Assembly: GCA_963817915.1 (NCBI GenBank)
Contig: CAWFQL010000012.1
Coordinates: forward strand, 96,001-160,000
Direction: 5' to 3'
DNA from: an uncultured candidate division Zixibacteria bacterium
GTDB taxonomy: Bacteria; Zixibacteria; MSB-5A5; UBA10806
Length of the DNA stretch: 64,000 nt
Part shown: positions 60,167 through 64,000 of the stretch, in pieces
How the letters are laid out: each line of letters begins with the position of its first letter
How positions within the stretch are numbered: the stretch's first letter is position 1
Position numbers and translations under genes: made by a program
Notes under the pieces: generated by a model
The model's input: the letters and a program-made list of their open reading frames with translations, nothing else
Databases searched by the model: none
What the model was told of the DNA's origin: nothing

Positions 60167-60786
60167 CATCTCAATTATTATGGAACACTGTCGCCGCCTT
60201 CCTTACCCTTTGCATATTCAGTTTTCTATACAAGGATAACCCCTTCTATAAATTCGCGGAGCGGCTCGTGGCCGGTATCGCTACTGGCTATTGGACTATG
60301 CTTTTGTTTCACACCAACTTTGTGCCGATAGTCTGGAACCGTCTGGTTCATGAACACAATTATTGGTATATTATTCCCACATTTCTCGGGCTTTTGATGT
60401 GGACTCGTTTTTCAAAAAAATGGTCGTGGCTATCCCGTTATTCGATCGCCTTCTATATAGGTATCTCGTCCGGTATTTCAATTACCCTGGCGCTTTACGC
60501 GTCGCTTTTCAGACAGTTAGAGGCGACAGTCAAATATCCCCTAACAATGGATGCGGCGGGATTGTCTGCATTGCTGATCATCATCGGAGTAATATCCGCT
60601 CTCATATACTTCTTCTTCTCAGCCGCACATAAAGGCGCGATGGGATTTGGTTCGAAACTTGGAATTTATATCATTATGATCGGATTCGGTGCCGGTTTTG
60701 GCCTTACGGTAATGGGACGTATAGCCTTGCTGGTTCAAAGAGTTATCTTCCTGAAGGGGTATGTTCAATCCTTTTTTGGGATGTAG
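60163..60786 (+). CDS. Conserved hypothetical integral membrane protein
   Basis: About five to six TM segments, SFLYKDNP.YK.AE and MIGFGA.FG.TVMGR motifs; ATGA overlap with the upstream gene. Confidence 0.85.
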   Translation: MTSQLLWNTVAAFLTLCIFSFLYKDNPFYKFAERLVAGIATGYWTMLLFHTNFVPIVWNRLVHEHNYWYIIPTFLGLLMWTRFSKKWSWLSRYSIAFYIGISSGISITLALYASLFRQLEATVKYPLTMDAAGLSALLIIIGVISALIYFFFSAAHKGAMGFGSKLGIYIIMIGFGAGFGLTVMGRIALLVQRVIFLKGYVQSFFGM

Positions 60787-60812
60787 CTAAAGGACTATTA
60801 AATTGTCCGCAT

Positions 60813-60842
60813 AGGGGCCGGCTATCCGGCCTCTTTGCTTTT
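60813..60842 (+). terminator. Rho-independent terminator after the membrane-protein operon
   Basis: AGGGGCCGG-ctat-CCGGCCTCT followed by a T-rich tail. Confidence 0.7.
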
Positions 60843-60905
60843 CTATTCGCGAGCATCAGATTTTATTTGGAACCTATACGATAAAAACATATATATTACT
60901 TTAGT

Positions 60906-63606
60906 ATGTCATCAAGTCGTGCCAGGGTTTATTTTGTAGTCTTAATAACGGTTTCATTCGGCCTGTCATGTGTCTATTTCAATACTATGTTCACGGCTGA
61001 AAAGAAATTTAAGCAGGCGGAAAAAAGCCAGTTCGCCGAAAAGATCCAAGACCAAAATATGAATGCTCCGCCGCAAAGTATCCCCAAGCCGAAGCAAGGC
61101 AATAAGCGATCCAGATTTGAGGAAGGCGTGACCGTAGCAGATCCTCAGGAAAAAGCGCTTTACGATGATGTTATTAAGAAAGCCGGAACAGTCCTGAAAT
61201 ATCATCCTAATTCAAAATGGATAGATGAAGCCCTCTGGCTCATAGGCAAATCATATTTTAATACCGGCGAATATACTCTGGCCGATAGAAAATTCAAGGA
61301 ATTGGTAACCAATCATCCGGAATCAAAATACGCCGATGACTCCTACTACTATATGGGACTCTGCGAAATAATTCTGGGGCATAGCGATGCCGCCTTGACA
61401 GCATTCAGCGAAATCGAGCACTCCAAGAAAAAAAGCCCATACATGGATGATGTTTATTTCACGGGCGGAGTAATGGCCATGAACTCTGATAACTATTCGG
61501 AGGCCGTAGAGCTTTTCAAAAAATATCTTACTGAATTTTCCGGCGAGGATTCCTCCGCGCAAGCCTCGTTCATGATAGGTAAGAGCCAAGAAAAATTGGG
61601 CAATTACATGGACGCCTACCATGCCTACAAAAATGTCGAAAAATACAAACCATCAAAGCAGCTTTATTTCGATGCTACCATTGCGGCCGCCTCGGCAATC
61701 TTAAGAACCGATTCGATTGCGGTAGGAATGGCGGTCCTTCTGGATCTTGCCGATAATCAAAAATATTTCAGCAGATCCGGCGAAATTCGAATGAAGATAG
61801 CCGAAGGATATTACCTCGAAAAACAATTCGATAAGGCAATTGAAATTTATAAAGTCGTTACGGAAAAATATCCTCGAACCAATGATGCCGCTGAAGCTTA
61901 TTATCGCCTGGGAATTATTTATCAAAATGATTTATTTGACATTAAATCCGCAAAGGAATCCTTCACGAAGGCGCAAGGCGAATATCCTCAATCGGAATAC
62001 CGCAATTTGGCCGCAGCGAGACTTGCTCAGATAGCAAAACTCGAGACCTATCAGACGCAGATTCAACGAGCCGATTCACTTGAATTAGCTATCGCGAACG
62101 AAAAGAATACGCCGGTTTCGAATCGATTCGGCAAAATCTACAGGCGACTCGCTACATGTTGCGAGCCTCGATTCCTCAAAATCGATTTCGCCCGATACCG
62201 CTATCGCCTTACAGAGGGTTGATTCGACGCAATCGTCCGATACACCAAAAATGCTAGTCGATAGTACTGTTTCACCGAAGCAAGACAAAAAGCCTGATTC
62301 CTTGATGACGCTGGCCGACAGCTCTGTATCAACGAACCCAAACAAAATGCCTGATTCCCTAAAAACACCGGCCGATAGCTCTGTCTCACAAAAACAAAAC
62401 AAAAAGCCTGATTCCCTGGCGATCAATTATCCAACGCTTGGGCCATATCTCCGGGACATGATCAAGAATATAAATTCATCCGCAATCGCCCCCGAGGACT
62501 CATCCCTTAAATCGAATACACAGGACAGCTCCAAAGCGACTGTTTACGGTCCGAATCCGGAAAAATCGGCAAAAGCGCCTGCACTTAGCCCGGTGGATTC
62601 TATCGGATTCGCCGAAATCAAGGCAAGACAGGATAGCATTCGATTGGATATTTCCACTGCCGGGATTGATGCGCGTTACCAGCTCGCGGAGCTTTACGCC
62701 TATGAATTGAATCGTCCGGATTCCGCCCTGAATGCGTATAAGAATTTGTTAGAAAAATTCCCCAATTCCCGCTATGCCGCCAAATCTCTTTTAGCCTCTG
62801 CTTATATCGAAATGAACCGCGGCGATTCGATCAGCGCCAATACTTATTTGAAGGATCTAGTAGACAAATATCCTCGTAGCGTCCAGGCCGCCGAGGCCGC
62901 GGATCTGCTGAATTTCAAGATCAATCTTTCAGACAACGCTGTCGGCCTTTATGCCGTCGCTGAAAGTCTGGTGTTCCAAGGTAATAATCCCGACTCTGCG
63001 ATTGCATTATATAAATATATTGCCAGTGAATTTCCCGATCTTGCGCCTAATGCCTCATTTGCGGTCGCCTGGATATTAGACCAGGTTGAAGGAACGACTG
63101 ACAGCTCGGCTTATTTCGCGTATTCTCTGGTAAATGAAAAATACCCGCAGACCGAGTTTGCCGAGGCGGCCAAAATCCGCATAGGTTTAATCAAAAAAGA
63201 AGAGACAAAACGAATTCCTAAACGGGAGCAGCCACAACAAACCGATGAAAACATTCCTGACACATCCAGTCAGATTTCTGGTAATATTCCGATGGCGCCC
63301 CCCATCAAAACCGCAGGCGATTTCGTATATCCTCAAGCGCTCTTTGGCCGTGACCTAAAAGGAAATGTGATCTTTAAAATTAAGATGGACATTAGCGGCA
63401 AGGTCCAGGATTATGAGATTATCGGACCGTCCGGTGAAACCGCAATTGATTCATCCGCCACCGCCGCCTTACTAAAAACGGTTTTCGATACATCCAAGCT
63501 CGATCTGGCACAACTTGACAATTATTTTCAGTATTCGATACATTTCAAACGACCACAAGTAGATATTTATAATAATCCTTATGATAGTCTTAATTGGAGG
63601 CGATAA
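60906..63606 (+). CDS. TPR lipoprotein (SprE/PorW-like N-terminus) with C-terminal TonB_C-like domain, +1 frameshift near 62121
   Basis: Lipobox GLSC, YFNT, HPNSKWIDEALWLIGKSY and many TPRs. The shifted frame IDSAKSTGDSL... runs open into ORF 62251. The C-terminus reads YPQALFGRDLKGNVIFKIKMDISGKV...SG..AID..A. Confidence 0.8.
62257..62427 (+). repeat. Three imperfect 57-nt (19-aa) tandem repeats within the CDS
   Basis: VDSTVSPKQDKKPDSLMTL / ADSSVSTNPNKMPDSLKTP / ADSSVSQKQNKKPDSLAIN. Confidence 0.85.
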
Positions 63607-64000
63607 TAAAATATTCTAACTGCTACCCAATTATTAACAAAGAATATTTATCTTCCTCGGTTATAAAATTTAAAATTAAGGCAGATGAGATCGCGTCGAT
63701 TTCCAGACCTGGCCAATTTGTCCAAATCCGTACCAGCGATGACTATTTTCCTCTGTGGCCGAGACCGTTCTCCATCCATGACGCCGATTCTCAAAAAGGC
63801 GTTATCGACATCATTTTTAGGATTTCGGGGCTTGGCACATCTAAGCTCGCCCAAATGAATATTGAACAAAAATTGCATGTTTTCGGGCCGTTGGGCAACG
63901 GATTTCCCAATCTCGATAAAAATTCCAATTCATTGCTTGTCGCCGGTGGGGTTGGTTTGCCCCCATTATATTTCCTTGCAAAAAGGGCAATAAGAAATGG
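63594..64000 (+). CDS. pyrK: Dihydroorotate dehydrogenase electron transfer subunit (partial, runs off the window end)
   Basis: Manual translation gives RPGQFVQI...LWPRPFSI...G.GT..L...GPLGNGF...LLVAGGVGLPPLYFLAK. The first possible start is TTG 63594. Confidence 0.88.
   Translation, partial: MEAIIKYSNCYPIINKEYLSSSVIKFKIKADEIASISRPGQFVQIRTSDDYFPLWPRPFSIHDADSQKGVIDIIFRISGLGTSKLAQMNIEQKLHVFGPLGNGFPNLDKNSNSLLVAGGVGLPPLYFLAKRAIRN

Noticed and set aside
3624..62222. About nine frameshifts (near 3635, 35235, 39010, 40318, 40481, 43424, 47905, 48589, 62121) as pseudogenisation or programmed frameshifting
   Set aside because: They are mostly single-base insertions with otherwise intact frames, show no shared slippery motif, and also hit housekeeping recG. 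Long-read consensus error is the simpler explanation; read mapping would decide.
62257..62427. 57-nt repeats as a CRISPR array
   Set aside because: They are in-frame degenerate coding repeats with no unique spacers and no cas genes.
57458..63606. Membrane quartet as the motor energising the adjacent TPR-TonB protein or the T9SS
   Set aside because: A terminator separates them and no similarity to ExbBD/MotAB/PorLM motifs is visible. Adjacency alone is insufficient.
63648..63878. Minus-strand 76-aa ORF
   Set aside because: Antisense to the pyrK-like reading frame.

Overview
Gene-dense chromosomal window from a diderm bacterium. The lineage is inferred, not shown: SprA, 'QNYPNPFN' C-terminal sorting domains and Cys-rich dockerin-like tails suggest an FCB-adjacent organism such as Zixibacteria. 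In order the window holds: partial secA; two tandem secreted dockerin-tailed paralogues; an FHA / metallophosphoesterase / CHASE2-Ser/Thr-kinase module; dusB-larB-larC-etfA-Ni transporter-transglutaminase; a 21 kb minus-strand run (recG, DUF1844, ABC exporter, murB, sprA, glutaminyl-cyclase-like M28 lipoprotein, DUF4097, barrel-fused SppA, S9 and two M16 peptidases); rpmB; an array of eight secreted proteins (six ending in a near-identical 246-nt T9SS-CTD module, two ending in dockerin-like domains); dienelactone hydrolase, pepF, copA and a small YHS protein; a four-gene uncharacterised membrane-protein operon; a SprE/PorW-like TPR lipoprotein fused to a TonB C-terminal domain; and partial pyrK. 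About nine small indels break ORFs, including recG, and are probably assembly errors. No rRNA, tRNA, CRISPR array or transposase was recognised. The best leads are the four-gene membrane complex, a possible T9SS-linked cohesin-dockerin surface assembly with swappable C-terminal modules, the TPR-TonB fusion, a Q-rule cyclase coupled to sprA, and CTG start codons.
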